DNA of 60,705 bases from Anaerolineae bacterium. Its GTDB lineage: Bacteria; Chloroflexota; Anaerolineae; B4-G1; SLSP01. A program made the translations under genes and the position numbers. Location: positions 1-60,705 of the forward strand of contig JALOOJ010000003.1 in assembly GCA_025454475.1 (NCBI GenBank), written 5' to 3'. Shown piece by piece: positions 27,749-36,040 of the stretch. The notes beneath the pieces were generated by a model. It did not search any database. It saw only the letters and a program-made list of their open reading frames with translations, and was not told the DNA's origin. Each line of letters opens with the position of its first letter. Positions within the stretch are counted from its first letter, which is position 1.

Positions 27749-28726
27749 TCAGCCCGCATCCTGCTCGCCGATCTCTTGGGGCGAGACGCTGAAGGTCATG
27801 AGCACGCGTGTTCCAACGCCAACAGCCGACCAGATACTCAGCTTATCCGTACAGCGCTCAATGTTGGTGAGCCCCATACCGGCACCGAAGCCCATTTCCC
27901 GAACCTCTGGCGTTGCCGTTGACCAGCCCGGCTGGCGGGCAAGGCCCACATCGGCAATGCCGGGACCTGAGTCCTGGGCAACGATCGTGATCTCGTTGGG
28001 CTGAATGTCCGCGAGGATCATCCCGCCATTGTGCGTGTGAATGATGAGGTTGACCTCGGCCTCGTACGTGGCAATCGCTACGCGGCGCGCCAACTGAGGC
28101 GATGCGCCGATCTGAAGTAGCGCCCTCTTGATTTTCGCGGAGGCGTCGCCACCCCGGGCAAAGTCGCCCTTCTCGACACGATAGCGCAGTTGCAGGCTGG
28201 TGCTCTCAGATTCCAGGGCATCGAAGAACCGCTGTGGGCGTGCTTGGTAGGCCTCCGCCTCCGTGTAGAGCTCCTGAAGCGCATCAAGGAGAGCCAGTGT
28301 GATATCGCCGCGCGTGACCATACCGACAAGTTCATGCCGGGCGTTCAGGACGGGCATACGTCCAATGCCGGTTTTCTCGAAGCGGCGCAGAGCCTCCATG
28401 ACCGACTCCTGCGCATGGGCGGTCACGAGGTTCGAGCTTGTCATGAACTCCCGTATTGGAGCATCCAACCGCTGGACCTCAAGCGCGTGGATCAGGTCCT
28501 CGATGCTGACGATGCCCACAAGCGCCTGATCCTCCACCACCGGGAGGCCCGAGATACGGTGTTCCCGCAGGAGTTCCTTCAACTGTTGCATCGTCGCGTC
28601 CGGGGGGAGCGTGAAGACTGAGGCCGTCATCACCCTTGAGACCGGCATTTCGCGCACGAGCTCATGGATCTTGGTGAGTGCACCCCCTCTTCCCATAGAC
28701 CCCAGAAGTGCGAACTGTCGTTTCAT
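27749..28726 (-). CDS. CBS-pair fused to RsbT/SpoIIAB-like Ser/Thr kinase (anti-sigma-type) domain
   Basis: Two CBS motifs (RISGLPVV...GIVS; GIGRMPV...GMVT) then AIATYEAEVN, DSGPGI, GFGAGMGL.NI; start may be 28696. Confidence 0.87.
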   Translation of the reverse strand: MKRQFALLGSMGRGGALTKIHELVREMPVSRVMTASVFTLPPDATMQQLKELLREHRISGLPVVEDQALVGIVSIEDLIHALEVQRLDAPIREFMTSSNLVTAHAQESVMEALRRFEKTGIGRMPVLNARHELVGMVTRGDITLALLDALQELYTEAEAYQARPQRFFDALESESTSLQLRYRVEKGDFARGGDASAKIKRALLQIGASPQLARRVAIATYEAEVNLIIHTHNGGMILADIQPNEITIVAQDSGPGIADVGLARQPGWSTATPEVREMGFGAGMGLTNIERCTDKLSIWSAVGVGTRVLMTFSVSPQEIGEQDAG

Positions 28727-28808
28727 CGTTCCAGGTCTCTCGGCCGATACTTTGATGAACTAGGGCCTGCGGTCCTGACCCTGATGCGTCGCAGGCCGCC
28801 GGCGCCAC

Positions 28809-29171
28809 CTACTGGCGAATGATCGGCAGTTGCCCAAGTCCCTTCAGCCCTGCAGCATACAAGAGCCCGGCGGCCTCAAACATCGTGTAGCGGCACAGCA
28901 GAACACCGATACCCATCTCCTCGGCAAGCGACAAGGTCTCTGCCGGAGGGTACTTGCCTCGCACGAACATCACGGCAGGCGCCTCTGCCATGTCAGCGGT
29001 TCGGATGGCCTGCGGATTGGTGAGCCCTGTCACGAGGAGCATGTTAGGCTTGGTGAACAGCAGGACATCACTCATCAGGTCAGAGGCGCACGCAGACTCA
29101 AAGTCTACGGTGAACGGAAGCTCAACAAGGACCTCCGCATCGGCTGCTTCAAGGATCTCGTCCAGTGTCAT
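28809..29171 (-). CDS. DRTGG domain protein
   Basis: GGAGGT RBS before ATG 29171; ASDLMSDVL, LVTGLTNPQAIRTA, VMFVRGK. Confidence 0.87.
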   Translation of the reverse strand: MTLDEILEAADAEVLVELPFTVDFESACASDLMSDVLLFTKPNMLLVTGLTNPQAIRTADMAEAPAVMFVRGKYPPAETLSLAEEMGIGVLLCRYTMFEAAGLLYAAGLKGLGQLPIIRQ

Positions 29172-29337
29172 CCAGTTTACCTCCACCATACACCCGCTCG
29201 GCCTGGCGCAAGTCCAGACGCCCGCGCACCTGTACAGCCATACCGTGAGCACATTCCGGGGACACGCCGTGGTAGGGACTATGCCACTCCCTATGGGGCA
29301 TCGCACAACTGCCAAGCCTGATAACCAGCTGGATAGT

Positions 29338-29343
29338 ATCATA
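29338..29343 (-). promoter_or_regulatory. Candidate -10 box for the DRTGG/CBS-kinase/PHP operon
   Basis: TATGAT on minus strand in the divergent intergenic region. Confidence 0.35.
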
Positions 29344-29408
29344 AAGTATGCGGCTGTCCAGTCGTGACCGTGAATCCAGGAGAGCTTGCCTGACCGTGCG
29401 AGATGGCC

Positions 29409-29414
29409 TATAAT
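29409..29414 (+). promoter_or_regulatory. Candidate -10 box for hisS operon
   Basis: TATAAT about 50 nt upstream of hisS ATG. Confidence 0.5.
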
Positions 29415-29462
29415 GCCACCGGCTTCAGGTAGCATCGCAGACCTTATGAAGAGGTAGGTACC

Positions 29463-30725
29463 ATGCCACGATTCACTCGCCCTAAGGGGACACAGGACAT
29501 CCTGCCGGAGGATCAACCCTACTGGGCGCACGTACAGGCCGTGGTCGCGCAGATGGCGCAGAGTTACGGCTTTGAGCGCATCGACGTCCCTATGTTTGAG
29601 AGCACCGAGCTCTTTGCCCGCGGCGTTGGAGAGGGCACCGATATCGTCGATAAGGAGATGTACTCATTCAAAGACAAAGGCGACCGTGATATGACGCTCC
29701 GGCCGGAGTTCACAGCCGGGGTGATGCGAGCCTATGTCGAGAACGGTATGCACGTACAGCCCAAACCCGTCAGGCTCTTCTCAACTGGGCCGATTTTCCG
29801 ATACGAGGAGCCGCAAGCGGGTCGATACCGGCAGTTTCACCAGTTCAACGCGGAGATCATCGGTGTTGCCGGTGCCATCGCGGATCTGGAGACTATGCTG
29901 TTGGCGTGGGACATCTACGCAGCGTTCAGCTTCAAGGATCTTTCGTTCCAGCTCAACTCCACGGGCTGCCCCGCCTGCAAGCCCGCTTATCTGAAGGTCC
30001 TACAGGAGTATTACGGGGACTACCACGACGTCGTCTGTGAGGATTGCCGGCGCCGGATCGTGAGCAATCCTTTACGGGTCCTGGACTGCAAGCAATACCA
30101 GTGCCAACCTGTGATCGCCGCGGCGCCCAGGATCACGGATCACCTCTGCGAGGGATGTGCCCAGCACTTCTCCGAACTGCGCGAGTATCTCGACGTCCTG
30201 GGCAAGCCCTACACGCTCAACCACCGACTGGTTCGTGGCCTGGACTACTACACCAAGACCGTCTTTGAGGTCTGGGCTGAGGGCATTGGGGCGCAGTCGG
30301 CTGTCTGCGGTGGTGGGCGCTATGATGGCCTCGTCGAGCTCCTTGATGGTCCGGCAACGCCAGCGGTGGGATTTGCCGCGGGTTTGGAGCGCGTGATCCT
30401 GGTGATGAAGGCTCAGGGGATCTCTGTCCCGGCGCTGCCCCAGCCGCCGGTATATCTGGCCTACCTCGGCGACATATCCCGTCAGCACGCAGTTCGGCTC
30501 CTTGCCGATCTGCGCGCCGTGGGTATCGGCACGCAGATCGCAATGCAGGGCAGCCTCCGTTCGCAGTTGCGCCAGGCAGACAAACGCGAGGCCAAGTTCG
30601 TAGTCATCATCGGTGACGATGAGATCGAGCGGGGCGAGGTCACGCTCCGCGATATGGCCAGCGGCGATCAATCCACGGTGGCTGCAGCGGCAGTTGTCAC
30701 GCTGCTGCGGGACCGGCTACCCTGA
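29463..30725 (+). CDS. hisS: Histidyl-tRNA synthetase
   Basis: RPKGTQD, LRPEFTA, FRYEEPQAGRYRQFHQ, LVRGLDYYT, GGGRYDGL, GFAAGLER. Confidence 0.98.
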   Translation: MPRFTRPKGTQDILPEDQPYWAHVQAVVAQMAQSYGFERIDVPMFESTELFARGVGEGTDIVDKEMYSFKDKGDRDMTLRPEFTAGVMRAYVENGMHVQPKPVRLFSTGPIFRYEEPQAGRYRQFHQFNAEIIGVAGAIADLETMLLAWDIYAAFSFKDLSFQLNSTGCPACKPAYLKVLQEYYGDYHDVVCEDCRRRIVSNPLRVLDCKQYQCQPVIAAAPRITDHLCEGCAQHFSELREYLDVLGKPYTLNHRLVRGLDYYTKTVFEVWAEGIGAQSAVCGGGRYDGLVELLDGPATPAVGFAAGLERVILVMKAQGISVPALPQPPVYLAYLGDISRQHAVRLLADLRAVGIGTQIAMQGSLRSQLRQADKREAKFVVIIGDDEIERGEVTLRDMASGDQSTVAAAAVVTLLRDRLP

Positions 30726-30800
30726 CTGAGTCTCCCGGTGGCAGGATAGCACCAAGGGACATCACAGGCGTCTGACCGCGAGATCGCCCTACAAGGACGC

Positions 30801-31667
30801 ATGAACACCTGCACCACTGACATCCGGACGATCGGTCTGATCTACAATGCGCGTGTCGAGAGATCGCGCCCTCTAGCTGACGACATTGCTGCCTGGCTGC
30901 ATGCGTTTGGCGTGGGCTGTTGGACCTACACGACGCTGGAGTATGTCGAGGATTGCCCGTCGGCCGACCTGCTGGTAACGCTCGGTGGCGATGGGTCGAT
31001 CCTGCGCGTCGCGCAGAGGGCCGCACCTGCCGGAATCGCTATGCTCGGTATCAACCTTGGTCGGGTGGGGTTCTTGACGGAAGCTGCCCCTGAAGCCTGG
31101 CAAGTGACGTTGAAGCGCGTTTTGAACGGCGAGGGGGCGGTCGAGGCGCGTATGATGCTTTGCGTGTCCCTGCTCCGCGATGGCGCCATCGTGGCTCAGG
31201 AACAAGCGCTCAACGATGCAGTTATCAGCCGCGGAGCTCTCGCCCGGACGGTACGGCTCTACGCCTCGGTCGACGGCGCCTTCATGACACGATATGTAGC
31301 CGATGGCCTGATCTTGGCCACGCCTACAGGCTCGACAGCCTACGCCTACGCGGTCGGTGGCCCGATCCTGCCACCCTGGCTTGAGAATATCGTCCTCATC
31401 CCCGCGGCACCGCACCTCAGCCTGGAGCGGCCTTTCGTGTTGAACGCTGAGGCCATTGTCGAAGTGCGTGTGGAGACCGAGATGGATGGTATGCTCTCCG
31501 TAGATGGCCGTATGGAGGGGGAACTCCACGACGGCGACGTCGTGCAGGTTCAGCGAAGTGCGATCAAGGCGCGGTTCTTGAGGCTACGCAGTCGCAATGA
31601 CTTCTACGATACGCTGGTCGAACGTCTGACACCCCACAATGGAGAGGCGCATGACCGAGCCGACTGA
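30801..31667 (+). CDS. nadK: NAD(+) kinase
   Basis: LGGDGSIL, GINLGRVGFL, LNDAV, DGLILATPTGSTAY. Confidence 0.95.
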   Translation: MNTCTTDIRTIGLIYNARVERSRPLADDIAAWLHAFGVGCWTYTTLEYVEDCPSADLLVTLGGDGSILRVAQRAAPAGIAMLGINLGRVGFLTEAAPEAWQVTLKRVLNGEGAVEARMMLCVSLLRDGAIVAQEQALNDAVISRGALARTVRLYASVDGAFMTRYVADGLILATPTGSTAYAYAVGGPILPPWLENIVLIPAAPHLSLERPFVLNAEAIVEVRVETEMDGMLSVDGRMEGELHDGDVVQVQRSAIKARFLRLRSRNDFYDTLVERLTPHNGEAHDRAD

Positions 31668-32175
31668 CGAAGCCCTCTTCTGCTACAGGCACCCCAAGAT
31701 CGAGACGACCCTGCGCTGCTACCAGTGCGACAGGCCAATGTGCGTGCGCTGCGCGCGACGAACCCCGGTCGGCTATATCTGTGGCGAATGCCAACGGGGA
31801 CGCCAGCGGCGGTTCGACCAATCGCGCCCCACGGACTACGTCGTGGCGCTGGTGATCTCCGCGTTCCTGGGAGGAGTCGCCAGCATCCTCCCTATGCTCG
31901 GTTCGTGGTGGTTTCTGGTCTTCCTATCACCATTGGCTGGAACGGTGATCGCCGAGATTGTGTGGCGGGCCGTAAGGCGGCGCCACGGGCCGCACCTGTG
32001 GTGGTTGGTGGGTGTAGGCATCGTGATCGGCACACTGCCGATTATGGGCAGCAGCTTGTTACAGCTCCTGACAGTGTTGCAGGGCAATCTCTGGGGCCTC
32101 CAGGGCCTGCTGTCGTGGGGACTTCACGTTGTGCTAGCGGTCAGCACAGCCATAGCGCGGCTACGCCTGACATAG
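31651..32175 (+). CDS. B-box-like Zn-finger membrane protein
   Basis: CYRHP...CYQCDRPMCVRC...ICGEC followed by about 4 TM segments; GGAGAGG RBS before ATG 31651. Confidence 0.78.
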   Translation: MTEPTDEALFCYRHPKIETTLRCYQCDRPMCVRCARRTPVGYICGECQRGRQRRFDQSRPTDYVVALVISAFLGGVASILPMLGSWWFLVFLSPLAGTVIAEIVWRAVRRRHGPHLWWLVGVGIVIGTLPIMGSSLLQLLTVLQGNLWGLQGLLSWGLHVVLAVSTAIARLRLT

Positions 32176-32178
32176 GCG

Positions 32179-33423
32179 GTGGCGATGAGTTCGGTACTGA
32201 TGCTCACGCCGCAGTCGCCCTACCCTCCGCGACAGGGCACGGCACTGCGCAACTGGGGACTGCTCAAGGGACTGGCAGCCCTTCACCGGATCTCTTTGCT
32301 GACGTTTTCCGCTCCCGACGAGGCGCAGACGCCCGATCCTGACTTGGCCCACATGGTGGAGCGTGTGGCGCTTGTGCCCCAACCAAGTCGCTCCCCAACC
32401 CACCGCCTCCGGGATCTGGTAACTACCACGTTTCCTGATCTCGCCCAGCGTCTGGCAAGTGCGCCATTTCGCGCAGTGCTCAATGACTGGCTGATGCATT
32501 ATCGTTTCGACTGGATACTGGTGGAAGGCCTGGAGATGGCGCCTTACACCCTGAAGGGTGCGGGTTCCGCAGCCAATATCCCCGAGGAAACCCGGATCGC
32601 GTTCGACGATCACAACTGCGAGTACGTGCTGCAGCGGCGTACCGCGGGTTCCGATTGGCGACAGCCTGCACGGTGGCCCAGCGCGCTGTATTCCTCTATC
32701 CAGTGGCGCCGACTCCGTCGCTATGAGGCCGAAGTGTGCGCCCGTGCGGATGCGGTCATTGCAGTCTCCGCCGCGGATGGCGCGGCGCTGCGTGCTGTCG
32801 TCCCCACACTGGACCCGCTCGTGATCCCCAACGGCATCGATGTTGCGGCCTACGCCAGTTTCGACCAAGCCCCAGCCTTCGGGTTCGGACCGGCTCCGAC
32901 GGCCCTGGCCCAGCCCGCCTTTGTGTTCACCGGTACAATGGACTTCCGACCGAATGTGGATGGTGTGCTCTGGTTTTCCAACCGCGTGTGGCCACGGATC
33001 CGCGAGACGTTGCCTGAAGCCCATTTCTACATTGTGGGGCGCCGGCCTCACAGGCGGCTGGATGCTCTGCGGGAACATCCCGGCATCACGGTCACCGGCA
33101 ACGTGGACGACACTCGGCCCCACATCCGTGACGCGGCCGTCTACGTCGTGCCGCTGCTTGTGGGAGGAGGAACCCGCCTCAAGTTGCTCGAAGCGACGGC
33201 GATGGGCAAAGCCGTGGTCGCGACGTCGCTGGCGGCCGAGGGTTTCGACAGGCCGGAGCGTGCAATGATCCTGGCAGATGCCCCGGATGCCTTTGCTGAA
33301 GCCTGTATTGAGCTGGCACGTGATCCGAACGCTCGCGCTGACTGGGGAAGCCGTGCGCGCGTTTACGTCGAGGCCTATGACTGGGCCAACCTCTTGCCCC
33401 CACTATTGGCCAGGCTTGGCTGA
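32179..33423 (+). CDS. Glycosyltransferase family 4
   Basis: FDDHNCE, IPNGID, FTGTMDFRPNVDG, GGGTRLKLLEA.AMGKAVV. Confidence 0.9.
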   Translation: MAMSSVLMLTPQSPYPPRQGTALRNWGLLKGLAALHRISLLTFSAPDEAQTPDPDLAHMVERVALVPQPSRSPTHRLRDLVTTTFPDLAQRLASAPFRAVLNDWLMHYRFDWILVEGLEMAPYTLKGAGSAANIPEETRIAFDDHNCEYVLQRRTAGSDWRQPARWPSALYSSIQWRRLRRYEAEVCARADAVIAVSAADGAALRAVVPTLDPLVIPNGIDVAAYASFDQAPAFGFGPAPTALAQPAFVFTGTMDFRPNVDGVLWFSNRVWPRIRETLPEAHFYIVGRRPHRRLDALREHPGITVTGNVDDTRPHIRDAAVYVVPLLVGGGTRLKLLEATAMGKAVVATSLAAEGFDRPERAMILADAPDAFAEACIELARDPNARADWGSRARVYVEAYDWANLLPPLLARLG

Positions 33424-35004
33424 AACCACGCTGATACCGCGTTCGCGGTCCTCCCCTTGGCGACTCTCGACATCCCCGAAGTACAGCGTTCGCAGCTCCT
33501 CAAGTGCGGTCTTATTCCCCTGCACAGGTTGGCCGTCGGGCTCAACAGCGGATGTGAGTCGCGCGACTTCGAATAGCGGATGAAGTGGTAGACGCCGTGT
33601 GTACCGATAGGTCCGAGGATCGGCAATGATCGCCTTGGCGTGCGCCAGGTAACCTGCAGCGGTCCGATCCCATGTATAGTGGCCCAGGACCCGCTGTCGG
33701 CCACGCTCGGCGAAGTCGACCCAGGCGGCATGATCCTGGAGAAGACGAAGTAGCCCACGCGCGATGTCTTCAGGATCTGCTGGGTCGACCAGGACGGCGT
33801 AATCACCATGGTCGTCACGCAAGCTCTCACTGGGGCCACCGTTCCGCGTCACCACCAGCGGGAGGCCTGCAGCCGCGGCCTCCAATGGGCCAAGGCCAAA
33901 GGGCTCAAACAGCGCTGTGAGAGCAAAGACCGAGCCTCTCTGCGCCAGATAGCGATAGGCAGCCGCCAATGCCAGCTGCCCATGCAGGGCAAAGGAGGTC
34001 ACTTTTCCCCAGAGGTGCCGATCCCTGACCACCTGACGGAGCTCAGACAACACCTCTCTCTCCTCAGACTCAGCCCCGGCATCATCTCGCAGCGCATCAT
34101 TCAGTGCGCCGGTGAAAAGCACAAGGTTCGCCCGGGCCTGCAACTCACAGGACTCCGCATAGGCTCTGACCAAATTGAGGTGGTTCTTCTTGGGATCAAG
34201 ACGGCTGGAAGCGATAATCGCGGGGAACTCGCGACGGTGGGGGGCGAGATCGCGCGCCAGCATATCGCGGATATGCGCCTGCGTAACGACCTCGTCATTG
34301 CAGGTGACGTCGCGGCCGAAGATGCTAAGGTTGACACCAGGAGGGATCACAGCGAACCGGTGGTCATCGCCAACATCGACGGCTTCCCGGTAGACGCGAT
34401 GCGAATACTGTTCGAAGCGCTCCTGGCGCGTGCTGGTGACGATCAGGGCCGAACGGTTCATGCTCAGCCGCTCAGCAAAGATGCGACAGGCGAAGTTGAA
34501 GTGTGCATCCATCGCCGCCAGGTTCTCAAAGGTGACGCCAGCGCTCTCCATTTTCTGTGCACCCAGCGAGTGCGCGGTGAAGGTGAAAGGCACTCCGGTA
34601 TGCTCGCTGAGAAGCACCCCGGAGATACCCCCATCGGCGTAGTGGGCGGTGAAGACGTCCGGGAGACCACGATCCTGTGAATAGAATCGCAGGATGTTAG
34701 GCACCCAATCGCGCACAATGTGGGGCCAAAGGAGCTCCTTGCGCAGGAATACCGGGGGACCGGCGGGCAGGCGTAGAACACGGACATTGGGGCTGCCCGC
34801 ATAGTGATCTTCACGTGTGCGGAACTCTGGCCACTCAGCGTCGCAAATCTGGCGCGTGAGGATATCGACGGTGTGGCCCATCTCTGCAAGCGCCAGGGCA
34901 ACGTGCTTGACGTAGACCAGTTGGCCACCGAAGTCCGGGTGTTCGGTCCAATAGCTATCGAGCGGATCAAAGTTTCCCTGCGGGTTCAGAAACGCGAAAT
35001 GCAT
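33403..35004 (-). CDS. Sucrose-phosphate-synthase-like GT4 glycosyltransferase
   Basis: GGAGG RBS before ATG 35004; HPDFGGQLVYV, DILTRQI, HYADG, FTAHSLGAQK, SSRLDPKKN, FEPFGL..LEAAAAGLP..TRNGGP. Confidence 0.82.
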   Translation of the reverse strand: MHFAFLNPQGNFDPLDSYWTEHPDFGGQLVYVKHVALALAEMGHTVDILTRQICDAEWPEFRTREDHYAGSPNVRVLRLPAGPPVFLRKELLWPHIVRDWVPNILRFYSQDRGLPDVFTAHYADGGISGVLLSEHTGVPFTFTAHSLGAQKMESAGVTFENLAAMDAHFNFACRIFAERLSMNRSALIVTSTRQERFEQYSHRVYREAVDVGDDHRFAVIPPGVNLSIFGRDVTCNDEVVTQAHIRDMLARDLAPHRREFPAIIASSRLDPKKNHLNLVRAYAESCELQARANLVLFTGALNDALRDDAGAESEEREVLSELRQVVRDRHLWGKVTSFALHGQLALAAAYRYLAQRGSVFALTALFEPFGLGPLEAAAAGLPLVVTRNGGPSESLRDDHGDYAVLVDPADPEDIARGLLRLLQDHAAWVDFAERGRQRVLGHYTWDRTAAGYLAHAKAIIADPRTYRYTRRLPLHPLFEVARLTSAVEPDGQPVQGNKTALEELRTLYFGDVESRQGEDRERGISVVSAKPGQ

Positions 35005-35334
35005 CGAGGTCCTCCAAGGTAAGCCAGGCCCGGCAGGATTACACGAATCGGCGTCACATAGTGGTAGAGCTGGTCCGGCCACGTCTCGTCAACTGGGGCC
35101 GCCTATGCCCCGGTACCCAGGTACGTCCGGGGAGCTGGCGGTCAGGCTTCCGTGATTTGTCCCCTCAGCACATTTCAGTATACTGTACAACTGCGTCCCT
35201 GATCCCACAACATCGACTTAGCACCCATCTTTCTCAACAGGGCAGAGCCCGTTGCTACAAGGGCCAGGAAACGACGGGCCAATGCACATCGGGACTCAAC
35301 GCTGCCCATCGGTGATTCTGAAGAGACAAGGACG

Positions 35335-36009
35335 GTGGTTGTGGATCGACAACAGATCCTTTTTCTGGTCGCTCACCGCTCGGTAGAACGCCAGTTATGT
35401 GCAGCGATCGAGGATCGCTACCAGGTGATGGTCACGTCACTGCGTCGCGAGGCGCTGCAGCTTGTCGAGCGGAGGCATCCTGACCTTATCCTCATCGATA
35501 TGCCCTCCATCCGCTTTGACATTGCTCGCTTTTTCGAGAGCTTCGCCGGCGTGTCGGTAGCGACACTTCTTCTCCTTGGCAAGGGCATGCGACTTGACCA
35601 GATGCCACTGGCAAACGGATACCTGCGCTATCCTTTCTCAACTCAGCAGCTGATGCGGCGTTTGGCGCGGGTGATCTCGGCTAAGCCGCAGGAGATCGTT
35701 GAGTGGCGTGGGCTCTGCGTGGATACTGAGAACCTGTTTCTCATATGGAAGAGTCAACAGGTACCCATCACCCGCAAGCAGGCGGATCTGGCTTTGGCCT
35801 TCCTTGATTCCCCGGATCAGGTGATCACCCGAGAACAACTCATGAGGGATGTCTGGGGCACCGATTTCATGGGCGACACCAGGACCCTCGACGTGCATAT
35901 CCACTGGCTGCGCAAAGCACTACGACAGACCGAAGCCCCCTTTGTTCTGGAGACACGGCGCGGCGTCGGCTATTGTCTCACCACCCTGTACCCTTCAGGT
36001 CAGCCGTAA
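35335..36009 (+). CDS. OmpR-family response regulator with atypical receiver domain
   Basis: Receiver-like PDLILID; winged-helix TREQLMRDVWG...TRTLDVHIHWLRK...TRRGVGY. Confidence 0.85.
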   Translation: MVVDRQQILFLVAHRSVERQLCAAIEDRYQVMVTSLRREALQLVERRHPDLILIDMPSIRFDIARFFESFAGVSVATLLLLGKGMRLDQMPLANGYLRYPFSTQQLMRRLARVISAKPQEIVEWRGLCVDTENLFLIWKSQQVPITRKQADLALAFLDSPDQVITREQLMRDVWGTDFMGDTRTLDVHIHWLRKALRQTEAPFVLETRRGVGYCLTTLYPSGQP

Positions 36010-36040
36010 GCGCCCCATTGAGCTGCGCCGGTATGCCCCA

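Noticed and set aside
33403-33423. Short 3' overlaps of convergent genes (also 52194-52216 and 53990-53993)
   Set aside because: Common in compact GC-rich genomes; no evidence of antisense regulation.
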